DNA of 52,567 nucleotides, filler included, from Catajapyx aquilonaris (GCA_000934665.2; 3 parts of 3 records of this genome joined end to end with filler, not necessarily neighbours in it), one strand, 5' to 3'; positions 21,573 to 34,687 are shown, counted from the whole stretch's first letter. Notes: generated by a model from the sequence alone, not told the origin. Numbers and translations: made by a program.

Positions 21573-23019
21573 TTTTTGCACTTACTGTATGCTCAACAGC
21601 AACATATTTAGTAACTTTTTTTACTTGAAAATGAAACAGTACCTCAATAGGCTCCAGAACTTTCAGTGTGTCCATAACAACTTCCCTAGGAACAGCATCT
21701 ATAGGCCATGAGTTTTCTTCAACCAGGTTAAGGATATGGGAGGCCACCCGAAAGTGGTAGTCGAATCCCAGCAGCCTCCAGTACCCTTCTATGCAGCAGG
21801 CCTTCATTTCATACAGAGCTAGAATGAGCTCCCTCTCACTTGCCTGCACTACACTCAGGAGGTCTTTAAGGGTGTACTTCCTTACAGAGTCACACTCCAT
21901 CACCTCTCCACAGAACTCAGACTGAGAGAGAACTTGACGAAGCTTGTGGGTGTGTGGGAGTCCTGGCCTAAGTTCCAGGTAATGACTGAACAGACCACAC
22001 ACCTGCAGAAGAAAAAGTTGGTTAGATAAATGCAGTGAAATAATGTCTATAATCAATGTGCATACATGTTTTGCTATACTTTGGATGAATCTGTCTCACA
22101 ATATTGTGGACAGCATTCTTGTAAAATTGACATACCAAAACATTGCAAACTTGGGTAGGGCAGCCAACATCAGACAAAACCAAACTGCATCTCCCATGAA
22201 GACATTGAACACCTCGACATTAGCCTACATCATGTCACCTCTGTTTTCAAGAAGCATGGCTTTCTCATGTAAGTTATCCCCAATATCGACTGACCGTTGC
22301 TTCCTTGAGTTGTCGAGGTTGCTCCTCTTCCGAGGCTTCTTTTTCATCCGCTGGCAAAACATGATCTGGCGTTAGAAGCATGGTATTAGAAATTTCCGCT
22401 TCCTTTATGTCATATGTTGCATCCTCGGTGCACAGCACAGCAGAATCGTCTTTCTCGCCACGAATCACTAACCTTTATTGGAGCAAAAAATTCCCAGGGT
22501 TATATTTTATTTGGTAAAGTATGCGCAGACCATACGTTTTTCCCTCCTCAATGTATCTAAGAGTCTCCGCATCCAATTCAAGGAGTCGCACTTCCTTCCC
22601 ATACAGTTCAGGGCTCAGTCCAAGAGAATAACTGGTGGACTGGAGTTCATGCTCTTCCAACTTGGCCTGCTGCAACTTTTCTCGCACATCCTCCACAGTT
22701 CGGGTACGCCTGCAAAATACATATGGTTGGTTTCCAGCAAAACAGGGTCATAAAATGAACACAATAAGATCAGACTAATCTGTAAAATTTCCAGCAACTA
22801 AATTTGACAGTATCCGATATGACATGCTGCCTTATTCAACCAAGGCAAGGGTAAGTACACCCTAGATTTGTGTCCCACCCTGTACTACCAAAAGGTAGTT
22901 CAGTCACTACTCATGATCCTGGCCAGTATTTACTTTCGCAGACTCTCAGGAAAGCTGGTTTTAATGCTAAAAAAACTAAACAATGAGAGTACTTACCGCT
23001 CATTTTCAACCGACGCCAT
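20470..23019 (-). CDS. DSCC1: Sister chromatid cohesion protein DCC1; exons 23019-22997, 22709-22536, 22472-22295, 22002-21643, 21496-21138, 20575-20470
   Basis: Spliced translation gives MASVENERRTRTVEDV..., LVIRGEKDDSAVLCTEDATYDIKEAEISNTMLL, VQASERE...IEGYWRLL, WQQSVPEGM...LEGLAL, DRWTLSEITPYL, ILTKYTRASMHDGIKYY. All introns GT-AG with consistent phases. Confidence 0.95.
20682..21052 (+). mobile_element. SINE, family B body with A-type tail, in the last DSCC1 intron
   Basis: 15-bp TSD aacttggcaacaatt (20667-20681, 21053-21067), B-box GGTTCAAATGC, body matches 9780-9965, (ATT)n end. Confidence 0.85.
21529..21570 (+). repeat. (TAC)n microsatellite in DSCC1 intron
   Basis: Direct reading. 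Confidence 0.95.
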
Positions 23020-23413
23020 GTTGGAAGACAGGTAGTAGGCGACATGCCACGTGCTTTTCTGATAACAGTTTATTTCCCCCCAAAAAAAACTTTAAAAATA
23101 TATCATTTTTTGATCAATGTTACCCAATGTTGTGTGGAAATCTAACAAAAGAAATTGCAATTACCGAAAAAATGTATATAAAACTTTCAGCAAAGTTATT
23201 TCACTCTCAATCCTATACCGGTATATCAAATTAGATCAAAAACTTTCCCTTCAGTAAAAAAAAGAGAAGTAAGACCTCCGCGGCGGAATGAAGGTACTGA
23301 AACAAGGCAGGCGCACGTAAGACCTTCACCAATTGATTTAAGCTGTACCATAGGTCTTACTCAAGCAATTACCAATTTACTACTCATGAAATCTCCTTTC
23401 TGAAAACAAATTT

Positions 23414-23543
23414 GTGGAATTTCTGTCGTACTACTAGTTACTTCTAACTTAGCAGTACCAGTGTAGTGCAATGGTACTGCTATAAGTTAGCAGTAACTAC
23501 GGACCTATAGTTAATAGTAATAGTAGTACGACTAAAATTCCAC
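23414..23543. mobile_element. Small MITE (related copy at 29252-29366)
   Basis: Inverted ends gtggaattt..gtcgtactacta / tagtagtacgac..aaattccac; internal aagttagcagtaacta motif shared with 29252-29366. Confidence 0.6.
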
Positions 23544-23572
23544 TCGTTAATTTTCCATGAGCCACTCCATAT

Positions 23573-23815
23573 CAGGGTCCCCTACATGGTTGCCTCCCCC
23601 ACCCTAACCAGGGTATTGTCTCCACGTAGTCCTTATGGGGCGTCCATATTGGAGCTAGATTGCATGCTGGAGAATAGGAAATTGGCAAGCGTCCAATTTT
23701 TTTTTTTCCCAAGGACATTTTTTCACTGCATGCAGATCCCATCTGATTTAGATCCAATATGCCGGAGAGACAATACCCTGTCTAGGTGGGGGAGGCACTC
23801 ATGGAGGTGACCCTG
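23573..23815. mobile_element. hAT-type MITE
   Basis: TIR cagggtc...gaccctg with longer imperfect inverted arms; 8-bp TSD ctccatat (23565-23572, 23816-23823). Confidence 0.9.
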
Positions 23816-24447
23816 CTCCATATTAGTGTTTTATGAAATTAGGAACCTCAATATTAAGCACATTGAATTTCTATGCGATTAGTGCGAATTATTGCCATGA
23901 AACATTCATGCAGAATCTTCACCCCTTTAGATGATGATTTTAACTCTTAATGTTTAATTTTTAACATATAAACGTTGGTCTTTTTCGATTGGTCCAAGTC
24001 TGTTAGAATGGGTTTAGTTTTCCCCCCATTTTTTTCTTTTCAAAATAAAATCCTCCCTACTGCTCTGAGTAGTTTGCAGCAGTCATTTTACGAGACTTTC
24101 CATACTGTACTTGAGAATTGCTTGAGTAAGACCTATGGTACAGCTTAAATCAATTGGTGAAGGTCTTACGTGCGCCTGCCTTGTTTCAGTACCTTCATTC
24201 CGCCGCGGAGGTCTTACTTCTCTTTTTTTTACTGAAGGGAAAGTTTTTGATCTAATTTCAGTTCTTTTTTGACAGTACACGTAACTTATGCTATACAGTA
24301 TACAGTCTGCACTACGAATGCATTGGTGACGATTTTCGTCGCTTAGAAGTCCCTAAAATTACTTTCACAGAGATAGTCGTAAAAAAACGAAAGTCGAGTG
24401 CTACCAGCCACCGGTTAGTCCGATTTAATTAGTCTGGCTTAATAGTA

Positions 24448-24882
24448 CAGTTGAATCCGGATAAAACAAACTTCAAGAGACTGCGGAAAAAGTATGTTAT
24501 AACCGAGGTCTGTTATAGCCGAATCGTCACGCAACGAAAACATAAATGTCTGCTTTCAATATGGCTGTACTATGCACTACTTGACTACATACCGATTAAT
24601 GAAATCTGTCACAAATGCAATATTGGCTCACCCGAAAATTATGCAGGACCAAAATATCCGAAATTTCCTTCTGCCGTTTCCTTTGTGCAAATTTTATACC
24701 TGGAAAACAATGCTGTATTTTCCCATTGAGGGTCCAAGAAATCGTCTGTTATACCCGAGGTGAGGTGAAAATGAGTATGTTATATCAGGAGTAAAATACA
24801 CAGGGCCTTATGGAAGCATGCCGGGACAGCCTTTATAACCAAGTCTGTTATAAGCCGAGGCTGTTATATCCGGATTCAACTG
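24448..24882. mobile_element. pogo/Tigger-type MITE
   Basis: TIR cagttgaatccggata...tatccggattcaactg, TA on both sides, repeated tgttata subterminal motifs. Confidence 0.88.
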
Positions 24883-25566
24883 TAAATCAGTAATAATTAC
24901 AATGCGTTCACCTTATAGCAGCGGCAGGGTATAACATTTCGCTAATAACAATATGGCTAGTGGGTAAACAAGAATTGTCGTTTCTAGGTGATGGCATTAT
25001 GAACTAATGAATTAATGACAGAAAAAATACGAGGTAAAAAAATCACAGCTCCAATCCTGTAGCAGTGGGAACTGTGAGATTTTGAACATAGATCCGCACC
25101 ATCCCACTGCATCTTCGGCCCTTTGATGAAGAAACCAAATTCTGAATAGTTATTGAGCAAGAAAATTGAGACGTATTTCTTGGTGGTTTAAAATTTTTTG
25201 CGGCGTTTTGAAGAGGAATTAAGTGAAAGTGTAAATGGTAGGAAATCAAGTCACGACGGTGGGGATCTGTGTTCAAAATTTGGAAGCTCTACCTACAGCA
25301 GAACTTGAGTTAGGGCGAATAAAAAAAACGTAAGAAGAAGAAGAAGAACAACAAGTAGGAAAAATTCATTGTTGAAACATTGTTGAAATCTACGCTACGG
25401 TCTTACTTAAGGGCTATCGCCCTTAAAATACACATTTTCCAAGTTGACGGTCATATTGATGTCCCCACTGAAACACATTTACTGATCTTGCAAATAAACA
25501 CCAATTTTGTCAAGTATCAAGTCTTCATTTACAAATACAAAGTGTAACAAAAACGGTTTGAACTTG

Positions 25567-26617
25567 TTATTTGTTGAGGAATTTGGCGTGGTGTTCCAGG
25601 TGCTGCCCAATGTAAGTGGCGATGAAGTAGTAGCTGTGATCGTACCCTTCACGAGTGTTCATAATCAAGGGTACATTTGCATCGTTGCAAGCAGCCTTAA
25701 ATTGTTCAGGCAGCAACTGGCTGTCCTGCAGAAATTGGTCCACATCACCCTGAAATAAAGGAAAGTGACAAATGTGATTTAGGCATTTAACCCTTGAAGA
25801 TAGTATGTTGGGGATGCATTGCTCAGTAACATTTACCTGCTCCACCATGATGTTAAGTGATGGTCCTGAGTACTTCCGCACCAAATGAGTGGCATCATAC
25901 TCCTCCCACTTCTTGGTGTCACTCCCCAGGTAGCCAGTAAATGCTTTCTTGCCCCAAGCACAAGCACTGGGGTTGCAGATGGGAGCAAATGCAGAAACAC
26001 ACTGGTACTTTCCTGGGTTCTTCAGTGCACATATCAGTGCTCCATGACCACCCATGCTATGTCCCATGATGGATTGTCGATCAGGCCGGGCAGGAAAGTT
26101 GGCAGCAATCACACTGGGAAGCTCCTCAGTCACGTACGAGTACATGCGGTAGTTCTCCTTCCACGGATCTTCCGTGGCATCCACATAAAACCCAGCACCT
26201 GTACCGAAGTCCCACGATTCCTCCTCACCAGGGATGTCGCAGCCACCTGTCAGATTACAAGTGAAATTCTAATACATTTGGTAAAATGAAATAAAGGCAG
26301 CCTGTGCAAGTAGTGGCCTTACGAGGACTGGTGTCTGGCGTAACAACGATGAGACCATGCTTGGCCGCATACCGCTGGAAACCAGCCTTTTGTGGGAAGT
26401 TGGCCTCGGTGCAGGTGAGTCCAGACAGCCAGTACACCACAGGCATAAGCTTGGCAGCCCCTCCTGCACTGCCAGGTGCGGATTCAGGCACAAACACGGC
26501 GAAGTGGGCTTCCTTCTTGAGCTGGCTGCTCTGGTGCGTGTAGTACTTCTGGTCCCCTCCAAAGCATTTTGAGGACGACACCTGGGTCAGGTTGTGAGAT
26601 GGGTCAGTGCTGGGCAT
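25567..26617 (-). CDS. ESD: S-formylglutathione hydrolase (esterase D); coding exons 26617-26323, 26246-25837, 25749-25567
   Basis: [43 protein letters not shown], nucleophile motif [27 protein letters not shown] introns in phase. Upstream acceptor near 26630 and donor near 26818 indicate a non-coding first exon. Confidence 0.97.
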
Positions 26618-28514
26618 CTTTGCAGACAGCCTGAGAAATCAAATCCAGCCAATAATATTGTGTGCTCAGAATGCCGGCAGAAGTACTTCTAGATAAACTG
26701 TCAGCCTGCCAGATGCTGTCAGAGGTCAACGTGACAAGCCGATGCTGCCAAAGCTATCAGCCAAATCAAGGTCATTCCATATACCCACGTTACATAAGGT
26801 TTTACCAGAGTAACTTACCACAACGTGTATCTGTATAAGAGTAGTCTGGTCAGTCGCATATGTGGCAACACCGCATCATTCGTAGCTGCTGCGTGTTTAG
26901 CTGTTGGCAGGTAAGCGGCTATTGGTAGCGGCTACTTTTGAAGACGCGCTCGACTCGCGTCTTGGGCGCGTCTGTTTATTCAGCTGCATTTTGGGAATGT
27001 TTGCAGTTCCCAGATCATACACTCTTTGGGACTTATTTTTCCCACTGTACTAGTCCCATAAGCTCGTTCTCATGAATGCGAGTTCTTACTCGTGTTCATC
27101 TCTCGAACGGGTTTTATTTCTTTTCCTTTCAAAATGTGAGATTACAAGCACGTGTTAATGCCGCACAACGCCCGTCATTTAGAAACACTTTGCGTACCTT
27201 GTACCACTTCCATTAACGCAAATATATGCCCATTGTTATGTCCATCTCACTATAGAAGTGGGAACGTATCCCACGAGTTTCATGATCATGTAGGTGTGTA
27301 ACAAATCTGCCCTTCTCACAAAATCAACCGTATTCCTACTTACTATCTTTAATCATCCTTCTTTGTTAAGATTTTTAAAACCACGGAATAGATCGAGCCT
27401 CCCGACGCGATGTTCCCTTCCATTGACAATTTGAGTGCGCTGAAGTTTCATCCTGGAAGGAGTTGTTCCCGGTGAACAGGCAAGCTCTGCAGGGAAGCCA
27501 TGAACTGTTAGGATGAAAGTGCAGAGACGTCGAGCAGCATTGCGGAATTTCAAAAAAGGGAGCGATAAGTTATGGTAACAGGAATATATCTAGAATTTCT
27601 TTTCTGATTACCTGATATCAAAGTGAATCGTAATTTATTGAGTTTATTGCTGTAATTATTTTATGTTCGTCACTATTTGTATTAGAGAGTCATGGAGATC
27701 TACACAGCTTTTCGAAATGTTGGACCATTCCTGTAACGCTTCCTTTTATGCCTGAAAATGAAAAATATGGTTTATGAATGACCATGGCCATAAGCATGAC
27801 TGTAACAAGCATAATACACAAATACCTTGCTCATTTTCGGTGGAATGTAACTTACCTCCCATTTTCGGTGTTTTCCTATACCACAGTATAGGCCAGTAGC
27901 GTTGGTAATCTGCATGAGGCGTACTTTGATATCAAATAGTAGGGAACAGTTGGTACCCACTTTTATGTGATTTCAGATTCGGGTGGAAAAATGATAAAAT
28001 AAAGTACAGTATACTTACAAGTTTTTCTCAATTTTATTATTGAACAAAGCGTCTGAAAAATTGTTATCACATTGCCAGGTTTTAATTTTGCGAAACATTG
28101 ATTTGAGAGGAGCACTTAAAATGTGCAAAATTCTGTTATTAATATTATTGTTATGTAGTCGGTAATAAATCAACTCGAACGCACACCACAGAGACAGTTC
28201 AATTGGCATGCAAATACAATGTGCAAGTTTGTTGGTCGTATAGTGAGACAAAATATTTTAAGGCAAAGTGATGCCTGTGTAACATATGCCCTTTATCTCT
28301 GATGCAAGTCACAGTGGAAAGAGAGTGGCAGTGTATTATTGATATGCAATATATTAAGTACGATAAGACTTTTCACATGCACAAGTATGGCTCCAAACTT
28401 TTCTCTGCAGTGTGAGGATTTATCTAAGTGCTTAAAATTCACAGTAGTAGTTTTGCCGGTGTTGTGTAACACAAGATATCAATTTCATTTAAACTTTTGT
28501 GGCAAGTCAGTCAG

Positions 28515-31424
28515 TCAGAATAAGTTGAGTCTGCGATGGTTTCGTTTGACAGGTTTGTAGCGTTCCAACACTTCCATACCAGGTGGATGTATCCGCATCT
28601 GAAAATGATTCCCAACATTCTTCGTTTCGTTTATGTTCTTTCTGTACTTATCGCTCTTCAGGAAACACACACACTGCCTTATATTATAACAGCAAAGTAT
28701 GAAATAAATAAACATGATTAGTATGCAAAGCACACATAAAATTCCAGGACCGAGTTACACATTGCACACAAAGGTGATTAGCAAAATGACAATTAGTATA
28801 GAGGCCAATTTGGCCTGAAGAATGACGCCACCGCGTATGGTTTTGTACAGCAGTACCGTCAGTGAGTTAGCGTGTAGTTAAAATTGGCCACATTTCCACA
28901 TCCAGCAGGGGCGTGGGGGGATGTTACTTGGGGTGTTTCTTCTCGCTTTCTTCACCCTCCTTATCCGATTTGAGTCTCATCTGGAATCAAAACAATCAGC
29001 TCTATACAAATGAAAGCTTATACTTTCTGCTTCATGTTGTGCCTTATTCCACTAACGGCCAAATGAAAATCTAGATATCCTATACCTGTCTGATAAACCA
29101 TTAGATGGATTTTGCTCAAACCTGATATGGAATCCAGCTTTCTATACAAGATATTAGCTATGGTCACCATTAAACCCATCCGGTTTATTACTACCTGCCT
29201 GCGAGGGATGACAATATTAGGTACCGTACATGAAATTAATTTTTAAAGCAATGGGTAGAATTTTCGTCCCACTGCTATAGTTAATACTGCTAACTAAGCA
29301 GTCCCATTGTCAACACTGGCACTGCTAAGTTAGCAGTAACTAACAGTGGGACGAAAATTTCACCCAATCAATGCAATACACAAAACACAGGTTATTGTGA
29401 GGGAAGGTTATTAGCACATGTATACTGTATAGGCCCATTATTATATTCACATATACAATATGCTGTACATTAGTTACACAAATGAACCCAAAACATGTTA
29501 TCTCTTCCCACCGTTATTATTTACAACTAGACTGGACCTGTCGTATATAACTTTCAGCAGCATGACGTAAGTAGGGCATGTGGCACATCTTGCCGCACTA
29601 ACCATGTCACTAACAATATGCGTCGCGAAGTTTTAAAAGTTGATTACGCTATTTCTTGATTGTAATATGGCTATAGCCCATAGGGTATATTGAATTCTGA
29701 ACCCCTGGAATAACCAATCTCAAAGGGACAGAAAACAGAATCATAAACTTAGCTGCAAGGCTAGAGCAAAGGCGTAGATTCAAATCAGTCAACTCAAAAA
29801 GCAGAAATGGATCACTAATTTAAATCTGAAACTAATGAAAACTTATCACGTTCAGTCTACTGATCTCCTTGATTTAAGTGATCCTTAATCTACCTCGGAT
29901 TTAATGATCATAAGGCCATTTTTCTACAGAACTTACATTATATCACGTAATGAATTTCAAAGCTACATTTTCTCCTTTTTTAAAAAATGTCCGGTATATA
30001 CCGCCCCAGAGGATCTTCGCTATGAATTCCCATGCTAAGGCCTTGTGAGAACGACGCGGAACGTTGAGGGTTATGCACCGCTATTATTACATCATTCACA
30101 TAGGCCTCTTACGCAAATTAGCGATGAGACGTGAGTGGGAAAAAGCTTATTCTGTATAATTGCCGTTAATGACATCAGTACGAACATCAAGATTAGTATA
30201 GCCAACAAAACGGTGCAGCTTCTGTGAAATTACAACTCACCATGATACGCTTTTTCTCTTTGCATGCAAAGTCTGACTCGTCGACGTCATTGTAACAATC
30301 CGACTTGTAGTCAGGGGGCAGTGGGCTGCTGCCTCCTCCATGCTCGCATAGCTTGGAGAGAGGCCTGGCATGAACCAGCATCTTGTCCATTCCTGTGGGC
30401 TTCTCCCATGGACAGTAGAACACTTCCGGAGTCCTCTTGTCAAATACTATCGATTTGCGCAGCATATCACCTGCAAGTGCCCATCCACTTAACTGGAAAA
30501 GAGGTTTTACTTGAGCACAAGATGACGTTAGCAATTTAAGTAGCCTATAGGCTAATCTTAGTTAGGCCACTTTCGTTCCGACGTCCATTTCGTCTGAATT
30601 CCATACTTAGTCCGACTGTTGACTGCCTGTTAAGTTTGTTAATAGTTTATTCAAACATCAAGCGATTTACAGTGATTTGTACATAGATCTGTGATGAGAA
30701 GAAATGTATTTTTTCAGAGAAAATTTGATGCAGAATAATTATTATGTTTGTAAAAAATCGATTCCGGATTGTGTCTATACTTCAGTAGCAACAGTATAAG
30801 TTCTTCTGTTAGAATCTCAGGATAATACCTGTAGTGCAGTGTTGTGCTTTGCTATTGACCGAATCTTATTTATATATACGTATCAGGCATTAAAAGACCG
30901 TACATTTTACAAGTACCGCTACAGTCAACAGAAAATGAGACAGGTGGTTGACTTACCAGCACGATGAGAAGCATCATGATCCAAGGAGCCCGCGACCCTG
31001 CAATTAGGAAAATACAGCTGCAGATTTACGTCATTTCATAATGATGACATTTTGCATACGGTAATTCATTAGATCCGTCTGTTATTAGGCAGTACGTATG
31101 TTGCCTTATATATAGTGCTTAATGGTTATACTTACGCTAATACTGCATGTCATTATTTGCGCCGTCCTGAGGGAACGTGGCCTTTTACGGTGATATTTCA
31201 GTATTGCCCGGGATTTTCTGTGTCCCATGAAAGAAAATGCTACGAAAACTCAAGGTCGGAGAGAAAACCTAGCATTGTATTTCTTCTCGTTGTGTGAGAA
31301 GAATTTCAAGGTAATTATTTATCTCCAAATTTTAAATAAGAATCGCGAAGGTCGGGCACAATGTGCATCAAGTAATGCAAGTATAGGATGCAAGTGTTCA
31401 GTGACGACTACGACTACGACTACG

Positions 31425-31485
<61 letters not shown>

Positions 31486-31502
31486 ATAATAATAATAATA
31501 AT

Positions 31503-31559
<57 letters not shown>

Positions 31560-31878
31560 AATCAGTGACCTTCACATATTTATCTGCTGTGGGTGTTCTT
31601 GTCGTTTGGAGGAGAATATTCTATAGTCACTTGGAGGATTTAACAGTTTCTGATTCCTCTTCCGGGGGGGATTTCTCAAGTACCGCGTTGCATAGTCGTG
31701 TAATATTTATATTTAATGTTGGGAGTTTGTCGCCTGAGATGGGCAGGGGTGGGGGCCCCAGAAGGGTGGTTTATAGGTTGATTTTTACAAGTTTTAATTT
31801 AATTCATATTTTGGTTAGCTTGTGGCTCCAGTCATCACTGACTACCCCCGGACTACCCCTTATACTAGGGAAATGTCG

Positions 31879-31921
<43 letters not shown>

Positions 31922-34463
31922 GAATGTCTAATGCTGCCTATGCTGGTATTTAAAGAACGTCACTGTTAACTTTGCATTGAACATTATTAGTTATAGCTTG
32001 CCGTCTAATCTAATGTAAGTTAATGTAGGTATAGTTCATTGTCGTATTTAACTTGACATCCACAAAAGTGACATTGGTTTTGAAAACTGAATATTCAAGA
32101 CGTTCACTGGCCATTCCTGTTTCCGAGTTTTAGCATTTTCCTGTTGCCTATAATTATATAGGATGCTGTTTTGCTGCTTTACAGTGTGACTCGAAAATAT
32201 TATCACGCGACCGTATTCCCTCCAAAGCTGTAGAAAAATCCCGAAATGAGATTAGGTTTGATATTGTAACAATGGTGTTGTATACTGTGGTACTTCACAC
32301 TTTATTCCATCTCGCTGAGCCCGTGTGCAGTGAGAGGATGACGAGGATGAGGAAATATCAGGGGCCGATGCGCCCATGTCGTTCAATATGACTGCACATG
32401 CATTGGGAACGAGTTAATATTTTCAAGCGGTGTACATATGTCCGGTACATTATGAAGCATAGTCAACAGAGTCAACAGAGGTAGTCCTAAAGGAACGCAA
32501 AATTGTTATTTGTATGTTCATATTATAACAATTTTAAAAATGTTGATCTTTGGAACGGAATTGCTTATTCTCTATGACGTTAAAAATGCGCCACACCCGT
32601 GGCAATTTACATTGTTATTTTATGCCATGCAAGACTTAAATAACTGTAGATAGTCAGCACGACGAGAAAAATTGAATATCCTCCTAATGCAATGAAGTAT
32701 GCTGCTCTGTACTTCTTAAATGTTCTTTGATAAATTATAGTGACGTCAAATAATAAGTTCCTCAAAATAGTCAAATTATCATCTCTCGATTAACTCAAGC
32801 CCCATTCTTATTTAGTACAGGTGATGTTGCAAACATTCCAATAATACGTATATTGTTCCCTCTGAACATGTAAAGCAAGTAAGGCCCTGCAGGCAAAATA
32901 TTATTATAACATTTTCCACATTTTCAATAAATGGGTAAATGTTCTTATGTAAACACACACTGATTACAAGAGTGAAAAATGATTCGTGTAATTTTAAGTA
33001 GACCTTAAAAATGAAACTGCGTCTATGCCCTATTTAGCTTTTTTGTGCTGCAGAAAGTACGAGAAAGTGTTTAGAGCGATTTCTTCTTCATAATGTAATA
33101 ACCTTTTTTATGAAGGGCCGGAGAAGGTTGTAAACTGGCACAATATTGCTAAATATGGCCATAACTAATTGCTTTTAGGACACGTCAGAGCTGGATGCTA
33201 ATATAATGTGTCTTTGCCACTACCACATCAGTCTCTTAACGTAAATTTATACAGTACCATTTTTGGCATTTTAAAATCAATTAAAGTCGAGTCATGCACA
33301 GAAAATTAGGTGAATGTTATCAAATCTAAAGGCAAATTAGAGGACTCAATTACAAACATGCACGTGTCTCATAATGTTTATTAGAAATTTTCTAACATAT
33401 TGTCCTGCCAAGCATAATTATACTGTACTAATAAATCATCCACCTATATAAGAGACCCCCTCGTTCTCAGAGGATTTACTTTCATGTTGCCTGCACGCAT
33501 TGTCCACTTAGCCTAGAGCGACTCGCCACTCTTTGCCCTTTTAGGCCGAGAAAATGTGTGGGAATACACTACGTCATCACCCCACAATACTCTACAGCTT
33601 ACGTACGTACATCCGTTAGGCTCACATGCCTTTTTTTCTTATCTTCCTTCCCAGGAGAAGTAGGCTAGAAGGCCTCTTCCCATGTCAGGAAATACTACAG
33701 GTTGTCTATTCTGTGAAACACCTTTGCCCGACTGATGAACTAAACTACTTTTTCTCTCTCTCTCCATTTGCTGAGATTTCATTGATGCAAGTACTGCCCC
33801 CTTCTTACAGTGATTTGTATAGGTAAAACAGCAGTATGCAAGGTCCTTAAAAGTTAAACATTGAATGCAAAAGCTATAGAACCAAATTTTTGAATAAAAC
33901 TTACCCATTTTGATGGTCCTCTTGCGGGCAGCAGAAACCTTCTGTTATTTCCAGCTGGCTTCTCTTGGTTGCTGCCGAGGTCACTTGCCTGCATGCCCAG
34001 TTGCCCACCTGAGTTTTCTTTTTTACCTGAGCCTCTCGTCCAATCGGTGGGGCATACGTCACCGAAGCTCACTCGAGACCCGTTGCAAGATGTGGGCTGG
34101 ATACATGTAGAAATTTTTTAAACAGGTTGGAGCGCTATCTGACGACTTCGCACCCAACCATTTATGTTTGAACCTGTTTTGTCCATGAGGGTTTTGGGCA
34201 GTCGAGGTATGACAATCGGCCATTTTTCGAGTAAGAGAAGAAAAAGGTGCGAAGAGCTTCATTTTGAGTCTTGCTGAACAAGTGGTTCAATAATTACGGG
34301 AAATAACTTACTACAATCAAACAGGTGGCATTAAATGTTGCACATATGCAGCTCATTCTTCAAATCTGTGACAAGAAGCATGAGGACAGAATTTCTCATA
34401 TTACCTTGAAGTCTGATGTCTAGACCACAGCGCAAACAATAGGTAAACCTGGTTCAGCTTCAT
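28515..34463 (-). CDS. Uncharacterised small, probably secreted 4-Cys protein (137 aa); exons 34463-34405, 30997-30957, 30470-30241, 28598-28515
   Basis: Four GT-AG-bounded exons (59+41+230+84 = 414 nt) join in frame: MKLNQVYLLFALWSRHQTSRVAGSLDHDASHRAGDMLRKSIVFDKRTPEVFYCPWEKPTGMDKMLVHARPLSKLCEHGGGSSPLPPDYKSDCYNDVDESDFACKEKKRIMMRIHPPGMEVLERYKPVKRNHRRLNLF. Exons 3-4 are well supported; exon 1 is least certain. Confidence 0.72.
29252..29366. mobile_element. Small MITE (related to 23414-23543)
   Basis: tgggtagaattttcgtcccactg ... cagtgggacgaaaatttcaccca. Confidence 0.7.
31403..31559 (+). repeat. Compound microsatellite (GACTAC)n(TAC)n(AAT)n(CAT)n
   Basis: Direct reading; explains the poly-T/N/H ORF 31227-31568. 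Confidence 0.95.
31565..31922 (+). mobile_element. Possible 3' fragment of a LINE ending in a (GTT)n tail
   Basis: HIFIC resembles the end of a LINE zinc knuckle and is followed (frameshifted) by WRRIFYSHL, a UTR-like stretch and (GTT)n at 31879-31922. Weak. Confidence 0.3.
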
Positions 34464-34662
34464 AAGACAACTCCAATCCATAGCCTTACAGCGGTAGGAG
34501 CTACCTTATAAAATTGGGCGTGGTATATATTGCTTGATGATAATTCCATATTACTGTACGAAGACTTAATTTTTTTATTCTAAAGTCAATTAGCTACTAC
34601 AGGAATGTACAATCTGTCTCAATAGGTTTTGGCCACTTTATCCTGTTCTTGAAGCAACCCTT

Positions 34663-34687
34663 CACACACACACACACACACACACAC
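34663..34687 (+). repeat. (CA)n microsatellite
   Basis: Direct reading. Confidence 0.9.

Larger units (their letters stand above)
23228..24258. repeat. Pair of 143-bp inverted repeats (23228-23370, 24116-24258)
   Basis: Arms are exact reverse complements as far as I can read, including the A8/T8 run. No TSD seen. Confidence 0.9.

Noticed and set aside
31227..31969. ORFs with poly-T/N/H and poly-V runs
   Set aside because: Microsatellite translations.
32296..32372. Alternative signal-peptide-like frame YFLILVILSLHTGSA for the 4-Cys gene
   Set aside because: Preceded by an in-frame TGA and lacks a phase-compatible donor; 34405-34463 fits better.
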